The position numbers were made by a program, and so were the translations under genes. Shown here one piece after another: positions 1-16,689 of a DNA stretch of 64,000 bases. This DNA is from Eledone cirrhosa (taxonomy: Eukaryota), in contig CAXHJY010001444.1 in the NCBI GenBank assembly GCA_964016885.1, forward strand, positions 1 through 64,000, given 5' to 3'. Below the pieces are notes generated by a model. That model did not search any database. It was given only the letters and a program-made list of their open reading frames with translations, and was not told where the DNA came from. Numbering within the stretch: position 1 is the first letter of the stretch; every line of letters begins with the position of its first letter.

Positions 1-3114
<3,114 letters not shown>

Positions 3115-5385
3115 CAACTCGCTGAAACCCCAGAACCTATGTCCAGAGTCATCTCCCCCACTATAGACAGGTCATACCACCATCGCCGAGACTACGAGAA
3201 AATACGTCTAACGCAAAAATTTCTCAAACTCAGGACGGCCAACTGTCTTAACAACATCCCAACTCTAAACACCAACAGAGGCGAACAAGACGGTACCAAC
3301 ACCGAACCTAGCGGCGCCCCGACCAACAACACACCTGACGCAAAACACCTCGTCACAGACTTGACAGGATCCCTCTCCCGAGAGGAATTAGACCTCCTCA
3401 GCCTGGGTCGCAAGTTCATATTGAAACAGAGACTGGACGAGAAAATATGACTCGACATAGAAACGAATTTCTGTCGGGCTGCCTACCAACGAAAATGGAT
3501 ATCGACTCTCGGCAATAACACGACGGAATCTATCAAACCCAGATTCCCGATATACCAACTGGATCGCCCACTCTGTCCACCGCCTGCCAACCGCGAGCTT
3601 GAAGAAAAACTCTTGAGGCTAAAACATTCCGTATTTAACATCTTACAGAAACAGAAGAAGATAGCCCCAAACCTCTCCAGGACACAACAACTCGCCCTGA
3701 AGAACCTACGGAATAGGGAACTTATATACTTACCATCTGACAAAGGTAAAGAGTTTTGCGTCATCTCTCAAGCCACATACAACAACCTAGCCTTTGAACA
3801 CCTAAGGGACAATGAATTATACACAGAGATCCCGGACATGACTGCAGCCCAGATCGAAAAACAGACCAACTCCATCTGATTCGATATCTGTAGGAGAAGA
3901 CAACTCCCAAATACAGTTAAGCTCAACTACACCACTAGAAATAGCAGACTGCCCACTTTCTACCACTTCATCAAGACCCACAAGAATAGTACTAAGACGC
4001 AAATAAGACCCATCGTCTCTAGCATAGAAGGACCCCTATACAAAATTACCTGTCTCCTCTCCCAGGTCCTCAAGCCTCTACTCTCCACCTTTCCCGGGCA
4101 TGTCAGTAGCTCCGACGAAGTTATACGTAGACTACACCAACTCCAGCCAGAACAACTTAAACGAAATAGATACGCCTTTAGCCTCGACGTTGTCTCCCTC
4201 TTCACTACAGTCCCCGTTCATCCAGCTGTCGATTTATTGACGGACTGCGTGGTCGCAGAGGACATCCACTGCTACGGCCTCCACCCGACGGACATACACC
4301 AGCTTTTGTCCTACACAGTAGACAACACATACTTCACCTTCCACCACCACACATACAGACAAACAGCAGGATTACCCATGGGATCCAGCCTATCGGGCCT
4401 GCTGGCCATCACCTACATGAACCAGCTAGAATGCCGAGCCCTCAACACCTGCCACTCCTATACCTTCTTCACCCGATATGTAGATGACATACTCATCCTT
4501 ACATCATCCCGTGAGCAGGCAGATAAAATATACACAACATTCTCCAGCATGGACGCCAGTATAAAGTTCAGCATGGAACACCCCGATGACCGCGGATCCC
4601 TATCCCTACTGGACTTCCAACTCAGGGTAACAGAGGAAAGCAACATCCACACCTGCTTCTATAAAAAAGCCGCCAGCAGGGACCTGTTCGTACATTTTAG
4701 ATCGGCCCTCCCACTCGGTGCCAAGTTCGGATACATAAGGAACGAACTGGCACGTATCCGGAACAAATGCACTGACGCTGGAGACTGAGACACACACACC
4801 ACACATTTCCTGGAAGTACTCAAACTGAACGGATACACGACATCCACCACAAACCGTGCCAGAAAGAACAGAGGACACCACACCCGAGGCACTAATACTT
4901 GCTTTCTGAAGCTCCCACACTTCAGTGAAGAAACAACAACAGCCATCCGCAGAGCTATCAGACGAGAGGGACTAGATATCCAACTGGCGCACTCAGGTCC
5001 TTCTCTACGCGGACAGCTAACCAAAAGACACTCCACCAGACATGACAACTGCTGCAGACTAGCCAACTGCCCCATCAACGACACAGACCTATGCCACCAG
5101 GCTTACGTCGTATACAGACTAGAGTGTGACAAATGCAACAACTTCTACGTAGGTAGCACCACCAGACCACTCCACATAAGAATAAAAGAACACCTCAATA
5201 CTAACGCTTCCTCATTTAAGAAACACCTAGTTAAATGCAAAAACACCGACAAAACCATAACAGTTAGGATAGAAACTAAGGAAAGAAACCTCGGCAACCT
5301 TAGAATTAAGGAAGCACTAATTATAGACAAAACACAACCACCAATCAATAATAGACTAGAACTCAACACCCAATTTATATCTTGA
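3115..5385 (+). pseudogene. PLE reverse transcriptase/GIY-YIG ORF with 3 in-frame TGA and no frameshift
   Basis: Frame 1 throughout: SDKGKEFCV, IKTHK..RPIVS, SLDVVSLFTTVP, GLPMGSSLS, RYVDD, LLDF, Cys-rich linker CCRLANCPINDTDLC, VVYRLECDKCNNFYVGSTTRPLHIRIKEH..KKH (GIY-YIG with CCHH). TGA at 3448, 3877 and 4786; terminal TGA 5383-5385. Confidence 0.93.
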
Positions 5386-5807
5386 TAGAGCTTCTAGCCC
5401 CATATTTACACGCCCGCCCCCCCACACACGCACACACACATACGCACGCACACACACACACGCTTACACATCCACTTATTCTCTCTCACACATACACACA
5501 CAAAACCAGTTCTAACACGAGATAACACCTATCCCCCACATTTACGTATAGACATATCTTCTCACACTCACACACACACACTCACATACTTACACCTTCA
5601 TGCATTCTCCCACACACTTAAACAGGCATGTATAAAATAACAAAAAAAAACATAAAAAACAAAAACAAACCCCTTTTAAAGGGAGACTACTCTTTATCCA
5701 CCTAATCTTAACTCTTTGACATTAGAGATAGAACAGATACTCTACACCATTTCCTGTCAGCATGACTTGGCAAGCTATTTAGAACACTGGTTCGACAGCT
5801 TTACTTC

Positions 5808-5842
5808 CCTCTGAAGAAGAGATATTATCTCGAAAATTAAGG
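5808..5842 (+). ncRNA. Minimal type-I hammerhead ribozyme motif in the PLE 3' end
   Basis: CCT-CTGAAGA-A-GAGAT(ATT)ATCTC-GAAA-AT-TA^AGG; palindromic stem III AATT; stem I CCT/AGG. Confidence 0.8.
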
Positions 5843-5966
5843 ACATTTAAATAAATCTAAGGTAAAAGACTAATTGTCAACAATATCTTTTGCATTTGCA
5901 TTCTTTATCCATACCTGCATTGTTTTGGCTTTATTATACATATACAAACGTTTATATATATATATG

Positions 5967-6095
<129 letters not shown>

Positions 6096-6134
6096 GTATA
6101 TGTATATACATATATATATGTATATGCATATATG

Positions 6135-6167
<33 letters not shown>

Positions 6168-6234
6168 GTATATATATATATGTATATACATATATATGTA
6201 TATGCATATATATATATACATACATATATATATA

Positions 6235-6430
6235 GGAAAATGTTCAAGACACCGACGACAGAGCTCAAGCCGTTTCGACGCCTATTTCAGTTCCGAAATA
6301 GCCGTCGAAACGGCTTGAGCTCTGCTGTCGGTGTTTGAACATTTTCGTATTACCCACTCTACTACTCTAAGTATTGAGTACTCTGGTGGCTTATGGCCCT
6401 CCTGGTTCCTTACCACACTTCCTTCGTTAT
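6235..6430 (+). mobile_element. Family A PLE-end insert: ~110-bp palindrome (6236-6346) + ~84-bp tail, in (TA)n
   Basis: The inverted arms around ttcagttccgaa are visible directly. The tail tattacccactct...ccttcgttat is shared with the 12987, 13970, 14684 and 22514 copies. Confidence 0.85.
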
Positions 6431-6490
6431 ACAATATATATATATAGGTTTCAAAACATACTTACTTGTCATATATATATATGATTGTTT

Positions 6491-6535
6491 CTGAGGAAGA
6501 CTTTGAGATGGATCTGAAGTATCGAAACTAATAAT
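6491..6535 (+). ncRNA. Degenerate HHR-like motif
   Basis: CTGAGGA-A-(imperfect gactttgagat/atctgaagt stem)-GAAAC; stems I and III are not convincing. Confidence 0.4.
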
Positions 6536-6868
6536 CTGGAGTTTCCTAACTACTATCGATTAGTCACTATATCGATTTATTATGATTAATCAACCTTTTG
6601 AAACGATCGTAAAAGAATGAACTAATAAGGTCCTAAAAAACACCTTTTGTTTTCATTGATCAACAAACACACACATGCGCGCACACACACACACACACAC
6701 ACGCACGCACGCACGCACGCACGCATGCACGCACGCACGCACGCACGCACGCACACATGCAAAATCACTAAGTCTTATTAAGGTTCATGCTTTACATAAG
6801 TACTCCTTCGGGATATATACCAAAATTCAGAGACGAAGAGAGAGATGAAGGATATATATATATATACA

Positions 6869-6900
<32 letters not shown>

Positions 6901-6909
<9 letters not shown>

Positions 6910-7111
6910 TTATTTGGGTGCCCCGTTTTTTTATTTGGGTGCCCCGTTTTTTTTATTTGGGTGCCCCGTTTTTTATTTGGGGTGCCCCCGTTTTTTATTT
7001 GGGTGCCCCGTTTTTTATTTGGGTGCCCCCCTTTTTTTATTTGGGTGCCCCGTTTTTTATTTGGGTGCCCCGTTTTTTTATGGGGGCTCCGTTTATTTAT
7101 TTGGGTGCCCC
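6901..7111. repeat. Minisatellite, 10 copies of ~21-bp (T)nATTTGGGTGCCCCG
   Basis: Direct tandem repeat flanked by (TA)n. Confidence 0.95.
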
Positions 7112-7177
7112 TATATATATATATATAATAAAATAAAACAAGGACGAGTGGATACTCCTTCATTACGTTTATCGGCT

Positions 7178-7262
7178 GGTGACGCGCGTTACGCCATCGA
7201 TCAGCTCAAGGTTCGATCTGTATCGATCTAGGCCAACTCTGTAATCCGCGGCTCGTCAGACC
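7178..7262 (-). ncRNA. HHR motif with enlarged stem II and a GAAA>GTAA change
   Basis: Minus strand: GGT-CTGACGA-GCC..(~55 nt)..GGC-GTAA-CGCGCG-TC^ACC. Confidence 0.65.
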
Positions 7263-7356
7263 CTTTTAGTGGTAATGAAAAAAAATGAACCTAAACATCG
7301 AGTGCTCATCCGGGTGAAACCTACAGTAACACCCGCGTTACACTCCCTGGATATAT

Positions 7357-7431
<75 letters not shown>

Positions 7432-8466
7432 TATGTGTGTGTGTGTGTGTTAATAAAACGTTTTTAAGCCGGCTGGGGAGGATAGGCAAATAAGGGGCGA
7501 GGTGATGAGTCCGTGTGCGTCGAGGATGCTGTTATATATGTGCAGATTGCGTGCATTTCCTGGGTGTTCATTATTGCTTCTATGTCTGTCTGTTTGTGTG
7601 TTATGTGTTTACGTCCGTAGCAGTGAATTACGTTTAAATCAGATGTTACATAATTGTACTTATATATATATATATATATATTTAATACAATAACAGAGAT
7701 AGCTTTAAGCTAAACTCCGACTGGTAACCATCTCACTCAACAAACATTAGGTTATACGTTAGTATAAACCCAATTTAAGTGTTTGGGGTGCTAGCTATAT
7801 GTATTTTGTGGAAAGCCAGTTGTATTATTTTATATGAGATATAATTAAAGTTAAAATATATCTCTCTTTCCAAACAATTGTTTCATTATAAGATTTCTAC
7901 AAGTTTGGAGAATGTTTCCAGTTTATGTAGAAGCCTAACATATTTACATGTAAAAAATATTTAGGTGGGCACTTATAAATCGTCAGTGGAAGCCCATTAA
8001 ACTTTGATATAAGAAAAAATTCATTACCACTGTTAATTTTCGTGTCCGCTAAGTTGTTCCTTCACGCATCGAATGACCGCCAAATTTGAAATTCCAGCAG
8101 TCTTTTGACTGAGGAAGTATCATAGTGTCACGAAGCGGAAAAAGGGAGACAACCACGACTTCACGAGAAAAGTAAAATAATATACACGTGGGTTAATTAG
8201 TTTTTTCAAAAACATTATCAATCCTGCGTGTTAGGAACTCAATAATTAATTTTAAAAAAAAATAAATGTATGCGTGTATTAATTACACACGCATATAGAT
8301 ATTTTCTTAGGCTAAAAACAGAGAAATGATACCTAAAAACAATCACATCTCATAACTGTAATAAATACGGAAAGTTACGCTTTAAAAAGGCATTTGGGAA
8401 TGTAAATCTCTGGCCAAATTAAGAGTTAAAATATATATAAATATATATATAATTTACGTGTATATA

Positions 8467-8530
<64 letters not shown>

Positions 8531-8862
8531 GTGGGTTCTCTTCTTGCTCACATCTCACTCACGTCGGATGGTCTGTAATACGCTCGCTCATGAAATCGAC
8601 CCAGCTTATGCTGACCGGATAACCATGTTGCTTGTTTTTTCCTATCTTTGCGTTGCTTTCATCCTTCTATGTTGTTTACTTGTCTCACTCGCTTTACGCG
8701 ATTTACTTGTCCCAATAGCTTTATTTAGCTATTGCTCGCACCAACCGGAGGTATATGATTTTTAATGCGATGAAATACCAATGAAGGTTGTAAAATCACT
8801 GATGAAGGACTATTTATCATATGTAACCCATGTGCAACCACGCAGTATTCTTTCTTCTCGTC

Positions 8863-8926
<64 letters not shown>

Positions 8927-9404
8927 TGTGTGTGTATGTGCGTGTATTATACCATCATTGCTTGAAGATGGCGCTAAAAGATATTCTAAAAGTTATACAT
9001 CAGCATGAACAAAATGTCTATGGTAGTTATATGTATGAAATAGATAACCGTCGATTTTAACGCATGCTATTCCAGTTGTTCAATGCACGGAACAGTCTTC
9101 TCGTGAAATGAACGTATCACGGCTTGTGACAAGGTTGAACATTTGAATTATACGTAGTCTATTTTACAGATTTCCACGCAGTTATCGTTTAGCCAACTTC
9201 ATTAGTAAAGCTTTGGTGGACCGGTGGCTATATTAAATGACAATTTCCTAAGCCACCTCGCAATGGAATCTAACCCGTGATTACGAAGCGAGTCTCTTAA
9301 CAATTCAGCCATATTACGTCATAACCTCTTTGTATGTATGCATGTACCTACGAACGTACGTACGTACATATGTATGTACATATGTATTTATGTATGTATG
9401 TATG

Positions 9405-9637
9405 TTATATCGGAGTTATCCCAGCTTCCTGAGTTGCCGATGATATTGATCTTTTCTTCTTTTCGGGTTATAGCTACTGTCGTTCAGAAAGTGGGATTGG
9501 CTCAGTGCACTGTCTTTCCTCACTTTAAAAAATATCTTCACGCACAGGCATTGCACGATAGAATTAATTAATAATGATTAATAATGGTACATCGTGCAAT
9601 GGCCATACTTGATAACGAGGGGACAGCCAGCATATCA
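9405..9637 (-). mobile_element. Short RTE-5'UTR-like non-autonomous repeat (also 18388-18712 and 32482-32804)
   Basis: Three mutually similar copies, related to the longer 20156/46813 family (gcaatgcctgtgc..gaag, gcc..tcccact, ccttctcc blocks). Confidence 0.65.
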
Positions 9638-10411
9638 TGTATGTATGCCTGCAAGCATATGTGTATGTATGTATGTATGTATGTATGTATGTATGTATGT
9701 ATGTATGTATGCAAGCATGTATGTATGTATGTATGTATGTATGCATGCATGTATGTGTGTGTATATGTATGTATTTGAGTCACTTCCTAGTTTGATGAAC
9801 CATCTAAGGTGACATCACAGATAGCAACATCAATAACACTTTTTGTTCAATGTTTGTTTCTTTATTTTTTGTCAACGAATTGTCTGTAATCGAGCACAAG
9901 TTGGCTTCCACTACGTATATATGAATGGTGATGATGATTTTGAATTGTTTCTAGTAGTGGAATATATAGTCTATTGATACAAATAGAAAAAAAAACTCCA
10001 ATCCAATGGACCAGTATTGGATTGAAATAGTAGTATCGCTAGAGTGCTGGTCTAAGTATCTTACTTTACTTAAATGTTTATTTCGGAAGTTGGATTTAAG
10101 ACTTTGTGGTAAGTAGTCATATTCTCTTTATGTTCTGATCTGAACTTAGCTTTTAACCCAGTTGTTCTCAGAAACAGGTCTCATCTATCGCCTTGCAAAT
10201 CCAACTTTCTCGAATTACTCCTCATTCTGAATTCTCACCTTATGATTTTTCAGTCAAGCACAATATCCGCATAAGCAAGCTTTTCAAACATCATAATGTA
10301 TAATCCCAAAGGAGATCAGATTTTTGTGTTCTGCTAAATCATGATCCCCTTTAGAGTTTGGTATATTGATATTTTATATGATCTATCTATTTAATCTACC
10401 CCCCCCCCCCT

Positions 10412-10582
<171 letters not shown>

Positions 10583-10773
10583 ATGTATATATTACTCTTT
10601 TACCTGTTCCAGCCATCCGGCTGAGGCCATGCTGGGGCACCGCCCTTGTTGCTACACATTTTATCTCCAGCCTGTATTGGTTGGCGACTGGTGCAAGAGG
10701 GAGTTTGTTGCTGTTGCCCTTAGGTTTCCCTCGTGCCTTGCTGTGAGCTCGTCCGGGATATATATATTATATA

Positions 10774-10932
10774 CCGTATTTCCTCACGCCGAAGACGCTT
10801 TGTCCTAGAGGCGCACACTAATTTTGACAACCAAATATGTGAATAATAATAATAATAAACAGCCTTCGGCGTCCAGGATGCATGAGACTTATTTTATGAA
10901 AAAAGTAGCGTCTTCCATGCCGGGAAATACGG
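10774..10932. mobile_element. Tc1/mariner (pogo/Tigger-type) MITE
   Basis: Imperfect 26-bp TIRs CCGTATTTCC...GAAGACGCT / AGCGTCTTC...GGAAATACGG, with TA on both sides. Confidence 0.85.
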
Positions 10933-11117
10933 TATATATGTATAATTTTAATCAGTATCTGATGATTTGGTTAAGCATACATTGTATTTAAAATTGAGTG
11001 ACAGAACTTCAGGTGACCAATTTTTAGACAACTTAATCAATGAAAGAATTGTTAATACTGTAAATAAAACCCTTTTTGTACTGTTGACCATGTTATTCTC
11101 CATTCTTTCACTATATA

Positions 11118-11186
<69 letters not shown>

Positions 11187-11230
11187 TGAAAGTATAGAAA
11201 TTATTGTGAGCGTGAAGCCAACAGTATTTC

Positions 11231-11268
<38 letters not shown>

Positions 11269-11610
11269 ATAAATACTATTCTTTCCCAGCTTGGTTTCCT
11301 CCCCTGTCTACCATTGCTAAAGCTTACCGGGAATTTGAAATTCCTCCTTTGGGAGTCAAGTGACTTCCTTTTTATGATCATTGTTTTAATCCCTAAGGGC
11401 TTTATAAAGTTGTACCACTTAATCAATAAGGTTGATTCAATTAACTACACGTCTAAATCTACAATAGTTAAGTCAATCTGTTGAAATCACCCTAACTTTT
11501 TAAGCAACAGTACGCAGGGTTGATCATATGAACACCAGTTATGTTTTGTATACATTTTATGTATACCCTAATACACGCAAACACACACACACACTCATGT
11601 TAAAATATTA

Positions 11611-11693
<83 letters not shown>

Positions 11694-12284
11694 TATAACG
11701 TTTGAGGAACACAGTATTTTGTACACATATACAAAGCAAATAATATTAAGCAAAAAAGACGTAATTTAAGGTGAAAACAGTCATATCTTCCTTACGGCGC
11801 TGTTTCACAGTCCAAAAACACGAAGCGAACAATCGATCAAAGCAATCAATTATCGATTATCAACATTAAATTTTGGTAAAGCAACGGAAGACAAGGATCT
11901 AATCATAAGAGGAATTGTCTTTATATACTTCTTACACTGTATAAAATATCTTTATTGTTGAGTGCAGAGAATCTGTTTAAATCTCCACTCCACATGGTGT
12001 CAAAAACGGGTTTTGGCCATGGCTGATATAAGAACTGGATGTCGTATCGGCTGGAAAGAACTCGGAAATACCAGTCACAGTTGAAGCAACTCAACAAATT
12101 AATAAATTAGGAGTAGTTATATACTATGTTAAGATATCAACACATATTTAATAAGTATGATGATCATGTTTCTCAATAAATAAGCTCATATATGAGTCTT
12201 GTATATGACTCTTTCTCTCTACTCACATATCTTTTAACTTACGAAAAAAGTTAATTCAATAAAAAGTACATAGATACATACATT

Positions 12285-12431
<147 letters not shown>

Positions 12432-12545
12432 GTAGATCCTGAGTTAAATCGGAGGTAACCACAGATAAGAAGGTACTCAATACATTAGTAGAGTGTAAAC
12501 AGCATCATTTAATATAGAAATGGCTTGTACAGGACTAGAACTGTA
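12432..12545 (-). mobile_element. Family B PLE-end fragment (others 13240-13355, 19261-19345, 22899-22927, 24297-24455, 55320-55443, 61170-61215)
   Basis: Shared GAAACAGTTCTAGTCCTGTAGAAGCCAT...GTATTGAGTACC...GTGGTTACC sequence next to TA/TG tracts. The HHR core CTGATGA is present in the 19.3-kb and 24.4-kb copies. Confidence 0.75.
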
Positions 12546-12743
12546 GACAAATATTTGGTATAATATGTGTTAGTTAAACAACCGAAACTAGTGTACGCAG
12601 GATGGAGCTCCCATCGAGGTGTACATGTTGGTCTACAAACTCCGGAGTATAAGTATAATATTGAAGTAGAAATCAACAGGTTAGAATTTACCTCTTTCAT
12701 TTGTTACACAAATGAATGAAGTAAATTCTAACCCGTTGACTCC

Positions 12744-12822
<79 letters not shown>

Positions 12823-12909
12823 TTTTTTTAAGCTTTGATTGCATGCCCATATATAAACTGTACAGCTTGATATGTTCAGTTAGATTCCCACCGTTCTAAT
12901 AGTGGTGGT

Positions 12910-12978
12910 TTAGTTCGGATCTATCTGTCGAAACGGCCGGAATTCAGCCGTCGGGGTCCTCACTCTTTTCCTCTCCCT
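12910..12978 (+). mobile_element. Family A tail-less arm (subfamily also at 50934-50997, minus strand)
   Basis: ttagttcggatcta..gtcgaaacggccgga..cgtcgg.gtcct.actcttttcct; both copies share the same 5' end. Confidence 0.75.
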
Positions 12979-12986
12979 ATATATAT

Positions 12987-13198
12987 ATAACGAAGGAAAT
13001 GTGGTAAGGAACCAAGTGGACCATAATGCACCAAAGTACTCAATACTTAGGGTAGTAGAGTGGGTAATAGGAACGAGTAGGACCCCGACGGCTGAGCTCA
13101 AGCCGTTTCGACGGCTAATTCTGGACTAAATTACTCTGATTTAGTCCAGAATTAGTCGTCGAAACGGCTTGAGCTCAGCCGTCGGGGTCCTACTCGTT

Positions 13199-13203
<5 letters not shown>
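12987..13203 (-). mobile_element. Family A palindrome (13067-13203) + tail
   Basis: Near-perfect ~60-bp arms around aaattactctgattt; (TA)n on both sides. Confidence 0.85.
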
Positions 13204-13236
<33 letters not shown>

Positions 13237-13633
13237 TTTATCCCGGGTTCAATCGGGGGTAACCACAGTAAGTAAGGTACTCAATACAAAGCAGAGTTAA
13301 ATATTTATTAGATATGGCTTCTACAGGACTAGAACTGCTTCATTCGGGAGAAATCGTGTGTGTGTGTGCGTGCGTGCGTGAGTGCGTGTGCGTATGTGTG
13401 TGTATCAGACGACATAAGTACAGCCTAACACCCACACGTGAATGATGCAACGAGACATTTTAAACGTTATCGCTAGTTATTATGTTAATGAAAGTAAAAT
13501 ATCATTTTCAATCACAGAAACTAAGGGAAGTGATCATAAAATGAAGAATTATCAAGTTTTATTTATAAAAGACATCTAGTACACATAAACAATTCAGATA
13601 ATGAATGTGATTTATGAATATGTTAAATGAATA

Positions 13634-13674
<41 letters not shown>

Positions 13675-13689
13675 TCACACACACATGCT

Positions 13690-13739
<50 letters not shown>

Positions 13740-13969
13740 TGATATGCTTCAACACAGTTTCTGTTCACCAAATTTCCATGATATGTTATTGATTCACACG
13801 TGGCTTAAGATGCAACGCTGTGTGACTGCACCTTTCTACATGTTATTGCATAACCATGCCTGCGCCTATATTTGTGTATGTGTGTCTGTAAATGTATCTC
13901 TGTATATGGATATATCTCTGTGTATGGATGGATATAAAAAATAAAAATAAAAATTTTTTTTTTTTTTTT

Positions 13970-14108
13970 TAGTCCCGAATTACCCGTCGAAACGGCTTGA
14001 ACTCAGCTGTCGGGGTCCTACTCGTTCCTATTACCCACTCTACTACCCTAAGTATTGAGTACTTTGGTGCGTTATGGTCCACCTGGTTCCTTACCACATT
14101 TCCTTCGT

Positions 14109-14110
<2 letters not shown>
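13970..14110 (+). mobile_element. Family A single arm + tail
   Basis: agtcccgaattacccgtcgaaacggcttg...ccttcgtta followed by (TA)n. Confidence 0.85.
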
Positions 14111-14159
<49 letters not shown>

Positions 14160-14208
14160 AAGAGAGAGAAAGCGAGAGAGAGAGAGAGAGAGAGACACAC
14201 ACACACAG

Positions 14209-14282
<74 letters not shown>

Positions 14283-14406
14283 GTAAATATAGTAAAGGCT
14301 ACATGAATTATATATACATTTATTCATTTAGCTAATATATATATTTCGCTGGGGTCGAAGATTAGGTTGTGTGATTTCCACCAATCTAGCGACACAATCT
14401 CATGAG

Positions 14407-14468
14407 ATTGCTTGTTTATTATCTTATTGCTATCTCATGAGATAGCAATAAGATAATAAACAAGCAAT
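14407..14468. repeat. Perfect 62-bp palindrome
   Basis: attgcttgtttattatcttattgctatctca|tgagatagcaataagataataaacaagcaat. Confidence 0.95.
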
Positions 14469-14635
14469 TCTTAAATTGTTCGATACAAGGGGCAGACATA
14501 TAGTCTGTTGCCATAAATCTGACCGGCCACCGTATCGTGTATTTTTGGATGACGTCGAGTGCTTTATCCCACTAACATTACCGTTAACTGATTTAAGTGT
14601 GGATTGCACAACTGTAGTCGGTTAACAACCTATAC

Positions 14636-14683
<48 letters not shown>

Positions 14684-14687
<4 letters not shown>

Positions 14688-14878
14688 AAAATGTTTGACC
14701 CTGACGGCAGAGCTCAAAGCCGTTTCGACGGCTATTTCTGGACTGAAATAGCCGTCGAAACGGCTTGAGCTCTGCTGTCGGGGTCAAACATTTTCCTACT
14801 ACCCACTCTACTACCCTAAGTATTGAGTACTACTCTGGTGTTTTATGGTTCATCTGGTGCCTTACCACACATCCTTCG

Positions 14879-14881
<3 letters not shown>
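14684..14881 (+). mobile_element. Family A palindrome (14684-14798) + tail
   Basis: Arms around tttctggactgaaa; (TA)n on both sides. Confidence 0.85.
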
Positions 14882-14943
<62 letters not shown>

Positions 14944-15378
14944 CACACACATACACATAGATATATGTATAGATATATGTTTATATACACATATATATAT
15001 ATATATATATATAAACAAATATCTATACACAGACACAGATGATTCATCACGACACGATGACTAGTGAAATCGTGTTTGTAATATATTGATGGTGGTATCG
15101 AGTACGATACCATCGAGCCATCAACTAGAGTTAACATAACGTGTGATAACATTATTTCACATGATATATCGTGATGTTTGGTCATAGCGTGTGATATCAT
15201 TTAAATTTTAACTGTAATAGATTATAAACAATAAATATATATAAGGTATATAGATGTCTTTTTATATATCTATTTATCTATCTATCACTATATATATATC
15301 TATGTATGTATATATATATATCACTATATATATCTATCACTATATATTTATCTAACTATCACTATATATATATCTAAC

Positions 15379-15420
<42 letters not shown>

Positions 15421-15851
15421 TACACACACACACACGCATATATATATATATATATATACATATATACACACACATATATATATATATATATATGCATTTA
15501 TGTATGCATATCTCGCACTCTTACTTCTTTTATGCGCACAATGACATACACATAGACACACACTCTGTCCCTGTTTGTGTGCCTCTCTCTGTATATGTAT
15601 ATATATATATGTGTGTGTGAATTTGTATGAGTCATCTATGTTTGTATCGATATAAGGACGTATGCGCACACATACATAAAAACACACGCAGCATTGACAC
15701 CTAACCGATACACATACATAAAAACACATGTACATATATATATGTGTGTGTGTGTGTATGTGTGTCTGTTAGGTGCCAATGCTGTTATGAGGTACGTCTC
15801 GTGTGGGTTGTATTCCAGAGTTAAGGCGATTGTAGCGCTAGGAGTGTAGAT

Positions 15852-16250
<399 letters not shown>

Positions 16251-16254
16251 AGTG

Positions 16255-16528
16255 TTGAGGCACTAGTGGTAAGAGTGTTGAACTTACGCTCATAATGTCG
16301 TGGGTTCGATTCTTGGATTGCTTGTTGTATTCTTACGCAAAACACTTCATTTTACGTTACTCCAGTATACTCAGCTGGAAATGAGTACCAGCAACAGCTG
16401 GGGGTTTAACCGTGCGATGGACTGGCGTCCTGTCCAGGGGAAGTCTTGTACTCTCAGTAGCTTCACGCCATGAAACCGGGATAAGGACCGGCCAAATGTC
16501 CCTTCTGGCTTAAGACAGACTTTAGATT
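16255..16528 (+). mobile_element. tRNA-derived SINE with V-domain-like core (degenerate copies ~39270-39510 and ~42580-42770, minus)
   Basis: A-box-like TAGTGG, B-box GGTTCGATTC, then CGATGGACTGGCGTCCTGTCCAGGGG typical of V-SINEs. Confidence 0.7.
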
Positions 16529-16689
16529 TATATATATATATATATATATAAGTCTAAAGTCTGTCTTAAGCCAGAAGGGACATATATATATATATATATA
16601 CGTAATTGATTTTATATATGTGTATGTATGTATGCATGATTATATATTCATATACCCTATTTATTTGTAACAATAGCGGTCTTCACAAT

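Larger units (their letters stand above)
3115..5950 (+). mobile_element. 5'-truncated Penelope-like retroelement (RT + C-terminal GIY-YIG endonuclease), possibly Nematis-like
   Basis: Single-frame RT-EN coding region, then a C/A-rich 3' region with an HHR at 5808-5842. (TA)n flanks both sides. The clade guess is from motif recall only. Confidence 0.93.

Noticed and set aside
6236-6346. Family A palindromes as MITEs or pre-miRNAs
   Set aside because: Variable centres, an asymmetric tail, solo arms and linkage to a GIY-YIG PLE end argue for retroelement ends; there is no evidence of miRNA processing.
15045-15200. Imperfect inverted repeats as a MITE
   Set aside because: Ends and TSD are not definable, and there is no second copy in the window.
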